A stretch of 64,000 nt of DNA from Acetobacter sp. GTDB lineage: Bacteria; Pseudomonadota; Alphaproteobacteria; Acetobacterales; Acetobacteraceae. Below the pieces are notes generated by a model, which saw only the letters and a list, made by a program, of their open reading frames with translations, ran no database searches and had not been told where the DNA came from. The position numbers and the translations under genes are program-made. Positions 44,293-56,308 of the stretch are shown piece after piece (the stretch's first letter is position 1; every line of letters begins with the position of its first letter). The stretch lies in NCBI RefSeq assembly GCF_047723915.1, contig NZ_JBDOBQ010000010.1, positions 12,720-76,719 on the forward strand, in the 5' to 3' direction.

Positions 44293-45912
44293 TCAGGCCG
44301 GTACGAGAACCGGATCGGCGGGCTGTTGCAGGACGGGTGGGGCATGCCAGCGACCCTGTTCGACAGTGCTGATTTCCCGGTCGATCTCGCCCACGACCTG
44401 GCGGGCGAACGGACCGAGATGCAGATACAACGCACTGGTCATGACCACATAAGGCAGGGCTTTGGGGTTATGCAGGGCGCAGTCCAGCATCATGCGCCAG
44501 AATGACCCGGCCGTTCCCGGACCCGCGCGGTGAATGCGCAAAAGAAGCCGGAAGAAACTGCGCAGATCGCCCTTTATCATCTTGTGGCCCCGCTCGCGCC
44601 TGAGCATCCGGCCCAGCCGGCGCACACGGTCGAAATAGGCGGATGGATGATAGATTTCCTCCAGCACCGTGCGGTAGTCGTTCAAAACATCCTGACGCGG
44701 TCGTTTTGTTTCGAAATTCAGCCCCGCGGTGCACTGGTCCCCCGATTGCGTCTGCTCACTGCCCGAGAACAGCCGCCCTTCGGCCAGCAGGCGGCGCGTG
44801 AGCTGCGTCGTGGGCAGGGCATAAAGCAGGCCGACCATGCAGACGGGAATGGCCGTGTCCTCAATGCATTCGATCATGCCTTGGGCAACACTGCCTTTTT
44901 CACTATCGAACCCGACAATGAAACCCGCATTCACGAATATCCCGGCCCTGTATATTGTCTCGATACTCTGTTGCAGGCTGCGGCGCGTGTTCTGCTTTTT
45001 CTGCGTCATGACCAGGGTATCCGTATCGGGGCTTTCTATCCCGATGAACACCGCGAAAAAATTGGTCTCGGACAGGCCACGCAGCAGGTCCGCGTCATCG
45101 GCAAGGTTGATCGAAGCCTCGGTCGAAAATTCGAACGGAAATTTCTTTCTGTTCTGCCATTTTTTCAGCTCCGGCAGAAATTTCTTGAGCGCCTTTTTAT
45201 TCCCGATCAGATTGTCATCGACAAAATCGACATGCCCGCGATACCCAAGGGCGTACAGGGCGTCGAGTTCCGCCAGAACCTGTTCATTGGTCTTGGTGCG
45301 TGGCACCCGGCCGTACAGTTCGATAATATCGCAGAACTCGCAACTGAACGGGCACCCGCGCGAAAACTGCACACCAACATGCAGGTACTGGTCAAGCTTG
45401 AGAAGATCGAAGCGTGGCAAGGGGCTTTTTGTAACGTCTGTCTTGCCCATCGGGGCTTCGAACACGCCTGTCGCGGCCCCGCTGCGCCAGGCCGCAACAA
45501 AGTCCGCCATGATTTCCTCGGCTTCTCCCAGAACCTGAAAATGCGCGGCACTGTAGAGAGCGGGGCTGGATGTCACATCGGGGCCGCCAACCACCACCGG
45601 CTTGCCCAGGGTGCGGCACATCTCAATCAGGTGCAGGGCGTCGTTTCTCTGGGGCAGCATGCCGCCGGTCATGACCAGATCGGCCCAGGCCAGATCGTCG
45701 TCGCTCAACACCTCGGTGTTGCGGTTGACCAGCCTGATCTCCCAGTGTGCGGGCAGCAGGGCGGCAACGGTAATCAGGCCCAGCGGGGCTGCCGGATAAC
45801 GCGCCCCGGACAGGTCACAGGTCTCCTTATAGTTCCAGAACGAACTGGCATTGAAGAGCGGGAAGATCATCAGGACCCGGCAGGTGTCGGGTCTGGCGAC
45901 AGGGCCCGTCAA
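44293..45912 (-). CDS. B12-binding radical SAM protein with DUF4070-type C-terminus (class B methylase-like)
   Basis: Has an N-terminal B12-binding-like region, the CPFSCEFCD (CxxxCxxC) cluster motif and a conserved C-terminal region. 539 aa. Confidence 0.8.
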   Translation of the reverse strand: MTGPVARPDTCRVLMIFPLFNASSFWNYKETCDLSGARYPAAPLGLITVAALLPAHWEIRLVNRNTEVLSDDDLAWADLVMTGGMLPQRNDALHLIEMCRTLGKPVVVGGPDVTSSPALYSAAHFQVLGEAEEIMADFVAAWRSGAATGVFEAPMGKTDVTKSPLPRFDLLKLDQYLHVGVQFSRGCPFSCEFCDIIELYGRVPRTKTNEQVLAELDALYALGYRGHVDFVDDNLIGNKKALKKFLPELKKWQNRKKFPFEFSTEASINLADDADLLRGLSETNFFAVFIGIESPDTDTLVMTQKKQNTRRSLQQSIETIYRAGIFVNAGFIVGFDSEKGSVAQGMIECIEDTAIPVCMVGLLYALPTTQLTRRLLAEGRLFSGSEQTQSGDQCTAGLNFETKRPRQDVLNDYRTVLEEIYHPSAYFDRVRRLGRMLRRERGHKMIKGDLRSFFRLLLRIHRAGPGTAGSFWRMMLDCALHNPKALPYVVMTSALYLHLGPFARQVVGEIDREISTVEQGRWHAPPVLQQPADPVLVPA

Positions 45913-46244
45913 TTGCGCATATGGCCATGGTCAAGAAGCCCTCCCCCCATGGTCATGGGGCTCATGCGGACGAACTGACCCACCCTTGGTGAAACGGTAA
46001 CTATTCCGGCGAACGATCATCGTATGGATCTTCCATCTGGGTGAAGAGATGTTTCTACCCCGTCTCTTTGCCAATAGCGAACGGAAGAGCGCGCAGAATA
46101 AAACGTTGGGCAATTTTTACCTGTGCGCCGGATAGCTACGCGAACGCGACATATCGCCCTGGCGGGCTGTTTTTTCCCCGCATCCATGCAGCCAGAGCCA
46201 TCCGGGCGCGCTAGAGTGCCCCCAGTTTGATCTGGAGCAGCCTG

Positions 46245-48783
<2,539 letters not shown>

Positions 48784-48919
48784 AAGGCCCGACCATATTC
48801 CCCGCCCCACAAGACCGAACGAGCGGCCCGCGCACCGGAAACGGCCCGTTCGGCACTACGCCTGTGGCAACGTTCAAAACCATACCTTACGCGCCACATA
48901 TATGGGCCCGCCCGAACGC

Positions 48920-50401
48920 TCAGGGCTGCCCCGGATGTTCCAGAACACGACGGGTCAGCTCGATGGACGGTACGGTCTCGGGCATGAGAATGGGAGGTTT
49001 GTTCCTGACCAGTTTCCAGCCGATCACCATCAGCACCGCCAGAATGGGGCTTAACGCCACGGTCAATGTACCGTCAGGATAGTCAAGCGCCATCAGCACC
49101 AGAACGCTGGCCAGAAAACCCAGCGTCAGCCATGACGTAACCGGCGCGCCGGGCATGCGGAACGGGCTGGGGGGAGCCTTTCCACGCGCTACCGCGCGAC
49201 GGTAGGCGATCTGGCTGGCAAGGATGAACCCCCAGGTGCTGACAATGCCCAGCGCTGAAATGTTCAGCACGATCTCGAACACCTGCGCGGGCACGATATA
49301 ATTGAGCACCACCCCCACAAGGTAGATCGAAACCGTCAGGAAAATACCCGCGGATGGCACGGACTGACGGTTCATGTAAGCCAGAAAGCGTGGCGCGGAC
49401 CCGCCAAGGGCCAGAGCGCGCAGGACGCGGGCGGTGGAATACAGACCCGAATTCAGGCTGGACAGGGCGGCTGTCAGCACCACGAGGTTCATGGCCGTAT
49501 CCACCCCCGGCACGCCCAGCGCCTGAAAAAACGTAACAAATGGCGACACACCGGCCCTGTAGGCGGTCCAGGGCAGCAGGCAGACCAGCAGCACCACAGA
49601 ACCCACATAAAACAGCGCGATACGCCAGATCACGCTGTTGATGGCGCCGGGCAGGATCTCACGCGCGTTCTCGCACTCCCCCGCCGCCGTTCCCAGCATT
49701 TCTATACCCGAATAGGCGAAGACCACTCCCTGGATCAGCACAAGGGCCGGCAGTACGCCGTGGGGGAAAATACCGCCATTGTCGGTAATCAGGTGCAGGC
49801 CCGTGGCATGGCCCGCGACCGGCACGCGCAACCCCAGAAGAACCGCCCCCACAACCAGGAACAGCGCAAGAGCCGCCACCTTTATGAGAGAGAACCAGAA
49901 CTCCATCTCGCCAAAATATTTGACGCCGACCATGTTCATGCCGGTCACGACACACAGCGCGCCAAGGGCGAAAACCCATTGCGGTACCGCCGCGAACGGC
50001 GCCCAGAACTGCATGTACAACGCCACCGCCGTAATATCGACAATGCCGGTCATGGCCCAGCTGAGAAAAGACATCCAGCCCGCGACATAGGACGCCCGAT
50101 CCCCCAGGAATTCCTGCGCGTAGGAGACAAAACTGCCACAGGTGGGGCGGTACATGGCCAGTTCACCCAGGGCACGCAGGATCAGGAAGCAGAAAACGCC
50201 GCAGACCAGATAGACAATGGCAAGGGCCGGGCCCGTCGCCTGCAGCCGCGACCCCGCGCCCAGAAAAAGCCCGGTGCCGATCGCGCCGCTGATCGCAATC
50301 ATCTGGACCTGACGCCTGCCCAGCCCCTTGTGGTAGCCTTCCTCCGTCACGCTGCTGGCCAGAGGCCGGGCGGGAGCGTCTGTATGAGCGGGTGTGGCCA
50401 T
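48920..50401 (-). CDS. APC-family amino acid permease (AroP/GabP-like)
   Basis: LGRRQVQMIAISGAIGTGLFLG is the family signature. Start trimmed to ATG 50401. Confidence 0.85.
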   Translation of the reverse strand: MATPAHTDAPARPLASSVTEEGYHKGLGRRQVQMIAISGAIGTGLFLGAGSRLQATGPALAIVYLVCGVFCFLILRALGELAMYRPTCGSFVSYAQEFLGDRASYVAGWMSFLSWAMTGIVDITAVALYMQFWAPFAAVPQWVFALGALCVVTGMNMVGVKYFGEMEFWFSLIKVAALALFLVVGAVLLGLRVPVAGHATGLHLITDNGGIFPHGVLPALVLIQGVVFAYSGIEMLGTAAGECENAREILPGAINSVIWRIALFYVGSVVLLVCLLPWTAYRAGVSPFVTFFQALGVPGVDTAMNLVVLTAALSSLNSGLYSTARVLRALALGGSAPRFLAYMNRQSVPSAGIFLTVSIYLVGVVLNYIVPAQVFEIVLNISALGIVSTWGFILASQIAYRRAVARGKAPPSPFRMPGAPVTSWLTLGFLASVLVLMALDYPDGTLTVALSPILAVLMVIGWKLVRNKPPILMPETVPSIELTRRVLEHPGQP

Positions 50402-50667
50402 GCAAGAGCTCCTGCCTGAAATATCCTGCGCCAACCCGACGCATGGGGGCAGGCCGACCAGAACATCCGACCGGGGTGGCACCACCGGGCAGGCCTCGTC
50501 AGTTCCCGGCGTACCTGCCTTCCCCCATGAATACCAGCCTGCGCAAGTCGTTGCGTACCAGGAACAGTGTGTCAGACAAAAACCCGCCGGGCAAGCACCA
50601 TGCGCGCCGTGAAGGCCGCCCCTGTCAGGTGGCCCTTGCCATCCCCAGCAAGAAGCCGCACAGACGC

Positions 50668-51150
50668 CTAAAGCGCCTGGAACATGACGAACGCATCCAC
50701 AAAACCCGCATTGGGGTGTTCGAACGCATGGGGCAGGCGCCCCACGATCTCGAATCCCAGGCTCGACCAGAGACCGACCGCCCGCACATTGGTGGCGACA
50801 ACAAAATTGAACTGCATGGCCCTGAACCCCCACAGTCGCGCCATGGCAATGGAATGGGCGCACATGGTCCTGGCAATGCCGCGTCCGGTATGCTGCGCAC
50901 TGGTCATATAGCCGCAGTTGCAGACATGCCGCCCGCCACCGCGCTGGTTGGGCCGCAGGTAGTAAGACCCCAGAACCTGCCCGTCTTCCACCGCGACAAA
51001 GGTCTCCTTGTCAGGGCCCATCCAGTAAGCCAGGGCGTCACCCTCGGTCATGTCCCGGTCGAGGGCATAGGTTTCCCCCGCGCGGATCACGGGTTCCAGA
51101 ATAGCCCATATGGCAGAACGATCGTCTGTGCTGACGGGGCGAACGATCAT
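50668..51150 (-). CDS. GNAT-family N-acetyltransferase
   Basis: 160 aa from ATG 51150. Contains the HTGRGIARTM acetyl-CoA-binding loop. Confidence 0.8.
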   Translation of the reverse strand: MIVRPVSTDDRSAIWAILEPVIRAGETYALDRDMTEGDALAYWMGPDKETFVAVEDGQVLGSYYLRPNQRGGGRHVCNCGYMTSAQHTGRGIARTMCAHSIAMARLWGFRAMQFNFVVATNVRAVGLWSSLGFEIVGRLPHAFEHPNAGFVDAFVMFQAL

Positions 51151-51417
51151 ACGGGACACCTTGCAATCTGCCGGACAGGCAAGTGAGGATACAAAGCCCC
51201 ACAGAAGCCGAAAACCAGGTCGAATATGGACTGGATACCCGGCACGGAGAAGCACACAGACGGGAATTCCAACCTGCTCACAGAATATTGCTCCCGATAA
51301 AAAGTAATACAAGAATCGTTACGACGTCAATTGGACAGAACATCTATGAGCAAAATGGTTTCAGAAAGGTTATTCCTGCCCCCGGATAATTCTTCATAAC
51401 CGGCGGATTACGGACAC

Positions 51418-51446
51418 TTGACTGATATTATTTTATTACAATAAAT
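51418..51446 (+). promoter_or_regulatory. Candidate sigma70-type promoter (TTGACT-N17-ATAAAT) in the AT-rich spacer upstream of bcsB
   Basis: Hexamers read directly from the sequence. The spacer 51300-51540 is the most AT-rich stretch near the bcs genes. Confidence 0.25.
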
Positions 51447-51660
51447 TAACTTGCGTGTACTTTTCCACCCGGATAAATCATACCGCGATTAGTGCAATTT
51501 TTTAATTTCCCCCTGTTTTACCGCTGATTTTACCTACCCGACGCGTTTCCGCCCAGAGCGGGAATCGCCGCGCCCAACCCTGCTGCCCTGCCATACCGCC
51601 TGACCGGCATCTCCTTTATTCGGGGGTGTTGTGTACCGCATTTGAGAGAAAGAAGCTGTC

Positions 51661-54306
51661 GTGTTCAAAGCCGGTTCCCGCCTGATCTGGTCTGTCAGCG
51701 CACTGAGCGTTGCAGGCTGGATGGCCTTGACAAATAGCCCTGCCGCATGGAGCGCTGGCTCCCAGGATTCCGCCCCGTACGAAGTACCGGAACATCCCAG
51801 CGCGCCACTCTCCCCCTCGGATGTCTCGCTCAACGCACCTGCGGGTCACGCGCCGACCGGCGCCGCAGCCATTCCCGGACCCAGCGTGCCCGCCACCGGC
51901 AGGCCCGCCACCGCCACGCCGTATGGCAACGCGCCCCTGCCCCCAAGCGGTATCCCGCAGCCATCCGACCTGCCGCCTCCGGCCATTCCCGCATCCGACA
52001 CGATGCAGGCGCCGCCAGCCCCGGCCCCGGCCCCCAGCGCGCCGGTCATGCAGCCGCCCGCTGGCTATGCCCCTGGCTACCCCGCCACATCCTACCCGAA
52101 TGCAGGCCAGGCACCCCAGGCTCCTGCCATGGCGGATACCGGCCTGGCGCAACCCGAAATCACACGCACCCTGACCCTGCGCGACCTGGGCGTACCCGGC
52201 CCCATGACGCTGCGCGGGTTTTCACCATTGCAGGGGCTGGATATTCCCATCCCCGCTGATGAAGTGGTCACCCGTGCGCAGATCGTGCTGGATGGCGCGC
52301 TGTCCCCGTCCCTGCTGCCCGAGGCCAGCAGCCTGACTGTCACCCTGAACGAACAGTATGTCGGGACAGTTCAGGTCGATCCCAAGAATTCGCGGTTCGG
52401 TCCTCTTGTTTTCGATATCGATCCCATCTTTTTTTCCCGCCTCAACCACCTGAACTTCCAGTTCGCGGGGGAATACCGGCGCGACTGTAACGATCTGCAC
52501 AACGGTGTGCTCTGGGCACGGGTTTCCGATCTTTCCAAAATTATCGTCACCACGGTCAAGCTGCCGCCCGTGCGCAGGCTGGCCCACCTGCCTGCCCCAT
52601 TCTTTGACAAGAACATGCACGATGTGCTGCGGGTGCCGTTTGTCTTCCCGCACGCCAACGGCCAGAGCGACCTGAAGGCCGCGGGTATTGTGGCGTCGTG
52701 GTTCGGCAAGCTGGCCGATTTCCGCGGCACGTCCTTTCCCGCATCCAGCGCCTTTCCCGCCACCGGCAATGCCGTGGAGATCGGCGAGAACCTGCCTGTG
52801 GACAGCAATGGCACCCTGCCATCCGGCCCCACCGTGTTCGAAGCGGCCAACCCCAATGACCGCTGGGGCACCATTCTTGTCGTGACCGGGCGCAACCAGC
52901 AGGATGTTGAAATTGCCGCGCGCGTTCTGGCGTTTTCATCCGACACGCTGGGCGATGTCCCTTACCGCGTAGTAAGCGACGTCACACTGGCGCCGCGCAA
53001 GCCCTACGACGCACCAGCCTTCGTGCCGACCGACCGTGTCGTACGCTTCGGGGACCTGATCGCCGAACCCGACCTGCAACGCCAGGGTGGCGCACCGCTG
53101 GGTATTTACGTACCGTTCCGCCTGCCGCCCGACCTGTTCCGGTGGAAACAGCACAGCTACCCGGTCAAGCTGAATGTCCGTACCCCCGCCGCCGCCGCGT
53201 TCGAACGCGAAGGGGCGCGGTTCGACGTCCTGGTGAACAATGCCTATGTGCAAAGCTTCCCGCTGTTTTCCGACGCGGTCTGGAAAAAGGTCGAAAACCA
53301 TATGCCCGGTCTGCAGACCGGAGCGCTGACTTTCAATTCCGCCCTGCCCCCATGGCTGCTGTTCGGTGGCCGCAACCAGCTTGACCTGAGCTTTAACGTG
53401 CTGCCCATCGACCGTGGCGCCTGCCGCCGCGTGAACGATGACTTCATTGCCGAAGTCGATTCCAGCTCGACCTTCGATTTCCGCAACAGCTACCATTACA
53501 CCACCCTGCCCGACCTGTCGTATTTTGCCGGTGCCGCCTTTCCGTTTTCCAGAATGGCCGACTATTCCCAGACCGCCGTCGTGCTCCCACCGCAGCCCGA
53601 CATGGGTGTAACCTCGGCTTTTCTTGAACTCATGGGCTTTCTGGGATCCTCGACCCAGTATCCGGTCACGGGGATCGATCTGGCTTCCAGCGCCGATCTG
53701 AGCGGCCTTGCCCAGAGCAAAGACATCATCGTGCTGTCGACCATCGACCAGTTGGGGACCGCAAACTCCCTGCTGTCCCGCTCGGCCTATGAAATCAGCG
53801 GCCAGTCCATCAGGCTGGGCCAGAAAACCCTGCTCGACGGGTTGTGGTATCTGTTCCAGGACAAGGACGACGCAGGCCAGAACAACAATGCAAAACCAGC
53901 CCTGAACACGCCGATCGTCAATGCGTCCCTGCTGGTGGGCGGGCAGTCGCCCTACACAAACCACCGCTCTGTCGTGGCCATCCTGGGCGACCGCCCGGCC
54001 CAGCTCCAGCAGATGATTGCCAGCCTGCGCGACCGCCAGTTCCTGCCGGCTGTGCAGGGTGACCTGGTGATCAAGAACGGCACCGTGCTGACGAATTATC
54101 GTAACGCCAACCGCTATACCGTGGGTTCCCTGCCGCTGTGGATCCGCATCGAGATGGCTCTCGAACACCACCTGCTGTTTCTGGCATTTGCCGGACTGCT
54201 TGGAACGGGTGTGCTCGCCTATGGCACGGCCAGGTGGCTGAGAGCGCATGCCCGCCACAGATTGCAGCGCCGCCTTCCCGGAGAAGACGAGCCCATCGAT
54301 TCGTGA
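51661..54306 (+). CDS. bcsB: Cellulose synthase periplasmic subunit BcsB (stand-alone, own signal peptide, Pro-rich linker, C-terminal TM anchor)
   Basis: 881 aa with a GTG start. The signal peptide ends around PAAWSA. The BcsB-type core runs from LTLRDLG... onward. The C-terminal hydrophobic helix is LLFLAFAGLLGTGVLAYG. Confidence 0.85.
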   Translation: MFKAGSRLIWSVSALSVAGWMALTNSPAAWSAGSQDSAPYEVPEHPSAPLSPSDVSLNAPAGHAPTGAAAIPGPSVPATGRPATATPYGNAPLPPSGIPQPSDLPPPAIPASDTMQAPPAPAPAPSAPVMQPPAGYAPGYPATSYPNAGQAPQAPAMADTGLAQPEITRTLTLRDLGVPGPMTLRGFSPLQGLDIPIPADEVVTRAQIVLDGALSPSLLPEASSLTVTLNEQYVGTVQVDPKNSRFGPLVFDIDPIFFSRLNHLNFQFAGEYRRDCNDLHNGVLWARVSDLSKIIVTTVKLPPVRRLAHLPAPFFDKNMHDVLRVPFVFPHANGQSDLKAAGIVASWFGKLADFRGTSFPASSAFPATGNAVEIGENLPVDSNGTLPSGPTVFEAANPNDRWGTILVVTGRNQQDVEIAARVLAFSSDTLGDVPYRVVSDVTLAPRKPYDAPAFVPTDRVVRFGDLIAEPDLQRQGGAPLGIYVPFRLPPDLFRWKQHSYPVKLNVRTPAAAAFEREGARFDVLVNNAYVQSFPLFSDAVWKKVENHMPGLQTGALTFNSALPPWLLFGGRNQLDLSFNVLPIDRGACRRVNDDFIAEVDSSSTFDFRNSYHYTTLPDLSYFAGAAFPFSRMADYSQTAVVLPPQPDMGVTSAFLELMGFLGSSTQYPVTGIDLASSADLSGLAQSKDIIVLSTIDQLGTANSLLSRSAYEISGQSIRLGQKTLLDGLWYLFQDKDDAGQNNNAKPALNTPIVNASLLVGGQSPYTNHRSVVAILGDRPAQLQQMIASLRDRQFLPAVQGDLVIKNGTVLTNYRNANRYTVGSLPLWIRIEMALEHHLLFLAFAGLLGTGVLAYGTARWLRAHARHRLQRRLPGEDEPIDS

Positions 54307-54418
54307 ACGCTGGCCACGGCCCCGCTACGTCACCATACTCCCCCGCAGGTGCGACCCCTGCGGGGGTCTTTGTCGATTTCAGCCATTTCGACAGACATAA
54401 AATACAGGAAACAGGATC

Positions 54419-55072
54419 ATGAGCGCCCTTCTAGCCGGACTGACATTGCTGATCATCGGAGACAGCCACGTTACGTTCAAGGATTCCCTGCTTTCGATCC
54501 TGCCTGAAGCCTATACCGAAGCCGGGGCCAAGGTTGTGACATACGGCGTCTGTTCCTCCACCGCCGCAGATTGGGTAGTGCCCAACCCCAATAATGGCTG
54601 TGGTGCGTCGCAGCGCATTGGCGCAGCCCCTCTGACCGCGCCGAACATGACCCCGGCCGCCCCCCCGCCGATCACATCGCTGATCGCGCAGTGGCACCCC
54701 GATGTGGTCATGGTTGTGCTGGGTGACACCATGGCAGCTTACGGGCAGAACGAAATTTCCAAAAACTGGGCGGATGAACAGGTCAAGACCCTGACCATGA
54801 CGCTGGGCAAGACCGCATGCATCTGGATTGGCCCGACCTGGGGCGAATACAGCCCGCGTTATGGCAAGACCGACAAACGCGCCCAGGAAATGGCCGATTT
54901 CCTGAAAGAGGAAGTCGCGCCCTGCACATATATTGACGGCACAAAACTGATGCAGCCCGGCAGCCCCAGGACAATCGACGGGGTGCACCTGACACCGGCC
55001 AGCTACAAGGTCTGGGGCAATGGCATTCTGCAGCAGACCATGCCAGTGCTGGAAAAGCTGCGCAAAGGATAA
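54419..55072 (+). CDS. bcsX: SGNH/GDSL-type hydrolase, BcsX-like
   Basis: 217 aa. Block I is IIGDSH and block V is IDGVHLT. Its position between bcsB and the AT3 gene matches the Komagataeibacter bcsX context. Confidence 0.7.
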   Translation: MSALLAGLTLLIIGDSHVTFKDSLLSILPEAYTEAGAKVVTYGVCSSTAADWVVPNPNNGCGASQRIGAAPLTAPNMTPAAPPPITSLIAQWHPDVVMVVLGDTMAAYGQNEISKNWADEQVKTLTMTLGKTACIWIGPTWGEYSPRYGKTDKRAQEMADFLKEEVAPCTYIDGTKLMQPGSPRTIDGVHLTPASYKVWGNGILQQTMPVLEKLRKG

Positions 55073-55156
55073 CGCCCCCGCGTGCCGCCGGCGCGTCGGG
55101 ACCCTGTATCGTCTTATACGGTCCTTTGTGCCGTAAACCCGTGGTGAACCAAGGTC

Positions 55157-56302
55157 ATGTTACTTTCGCTGGCGCCCGAAACATGGAAAAGCAGGCTGAA
55201 GGCTGAATTTTTTCCGCTCAACCGGCGTCGCGATATCGATGGCCTGCGCGGACTGGCCATACTTCTGGTCATGTTTTTTCATGCAGGCTGGCTGAAGGGC
55301 GGTTTTATCGGGGTCGATATTTTTATCGTCATCTCCGGTTACTTCATGGGCCGTTCGGCCTTCATGCAGCATCCTTTCCGGGCTGAACGCTTTGTATGGC
55401 GTCGCCTGTACAGGCTGGTACCAGCCCTGCTGGTGATGATTATCGTGGTCTGCGCCAGCATGCTGTGGTGGGTTCTGCAGAGCGACCGGGCGGATATCGC
55501 ACAGAACGGTGCCTATGCGCTGGTATACCTGTCCAATATCTGGGCCAGCCACCATGTCGGGTATTTCGAGGGGCAGGCAATTGCCTATCCGTTCCTGCAC
55601 ACATGGTCGCTGTCGCTGGAAATGCAGTTCTACCTTGTCATTTTTCTGGTGGCCCTGCTGCTGCCCCGCCTGAAAAGCCGGCGCGGCCTTCTATATGCCC
55701 TGCTGGCGGCGTCGTTCCTGTACAGCATCGTCGCCAGCTACCGGGGTGAGCATGCCGCCTATTACAGTATCCTGTCACGCCTGTGGGAGTTCTCGCTGGG
55801 GACGCTGATCTGGGTCTTGCCCGCGCTGCCGCAATCCCTGCTGCTGTCCGGCCTGTGCTATGGCGTGGCGGTTGCGGTTCTGGTCCTGTGCGCGGTGTTC
55901 TATGACCTGACCTTTGCCTGCCCGTCGCTCATGGCCCTTCTGCCCTGCGTGGCAACCATGCTCATCATCATGCAACCCCACGCACTCACGCGCCGGATGC
56001 TGGAACCCCTGTCCCCCGTCGGGGTCATTTCCTATTCGCTGTATCTGTGGCACTGGCCTGCCATTGTTCTGGCGGCGTACCTGCTGTCTTTCCAGGTGCA
56101 GGGCCTGACGATGGCGCTTGTTCTGGTCGGGGCCGTTCTGGCGGGAACACTGAGCTACCTCTGGGTTGAACGCCCCCTGCTCGATTACGAAAACCGTGCC
56201 ATGCCTGCCGCCGCACGCAGAGGGGCTGGCATCCTGGTCGGGTTGTGCGGTGCTACGGCACTCGTCCTGGCCTGGCTTTCCTTTCTGTCACGCGTGCATT
56301 GA
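55157..56302 (+). CDS. bcsY: Membrane acyltransferase family 3 (AT3), BcsY-like
   Basis: 381 aa, about 10 TMS. Contains the AT3 signature DGLRGLAILLVMFFH. Confidence 0.8.
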   Translation: MLLSLAPETWKSRLKAEFFPLNRRRDIDGLRGLAILLVMFFHAGWLKGGFIGVDIFIVISGYFMGRSAFMQHPFRAERFVWRRLYRLVPALLVMIIVVCASMLWWVLQSDRADIAQNGAYALVYLSNIWASHHVGYFEGQAIAYPFLHTWSLSLEMQFYLVIFLVALLLPRLKSRRGLLYALLAASFLYSIVASYRGEHAAYYSILSRLWEFSLGTLIWVLPALPQSLLLSGLCYGVAVAVLVLCAVFYDLTFACPSLMALLPCVATMLIIMQPHALTRRMLEPLSPVGVISYSLYLWHWPAIVLAAYLLSFQVQGLTMALVLVGAVLAGTLSYLWVERPLLDYENRAMPAAARRGAGILVGLCGATALVLAWLSFLSRVH

Positions 56303-56308
56303 CAAGCA

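Noticed and set aside
44530-45978. 482-aa plus-strand ORF
   Set aside because: It is antisense to the radical-SAM gene, which has a clear CxxxCxxC motif. No motifs appear in this frame.
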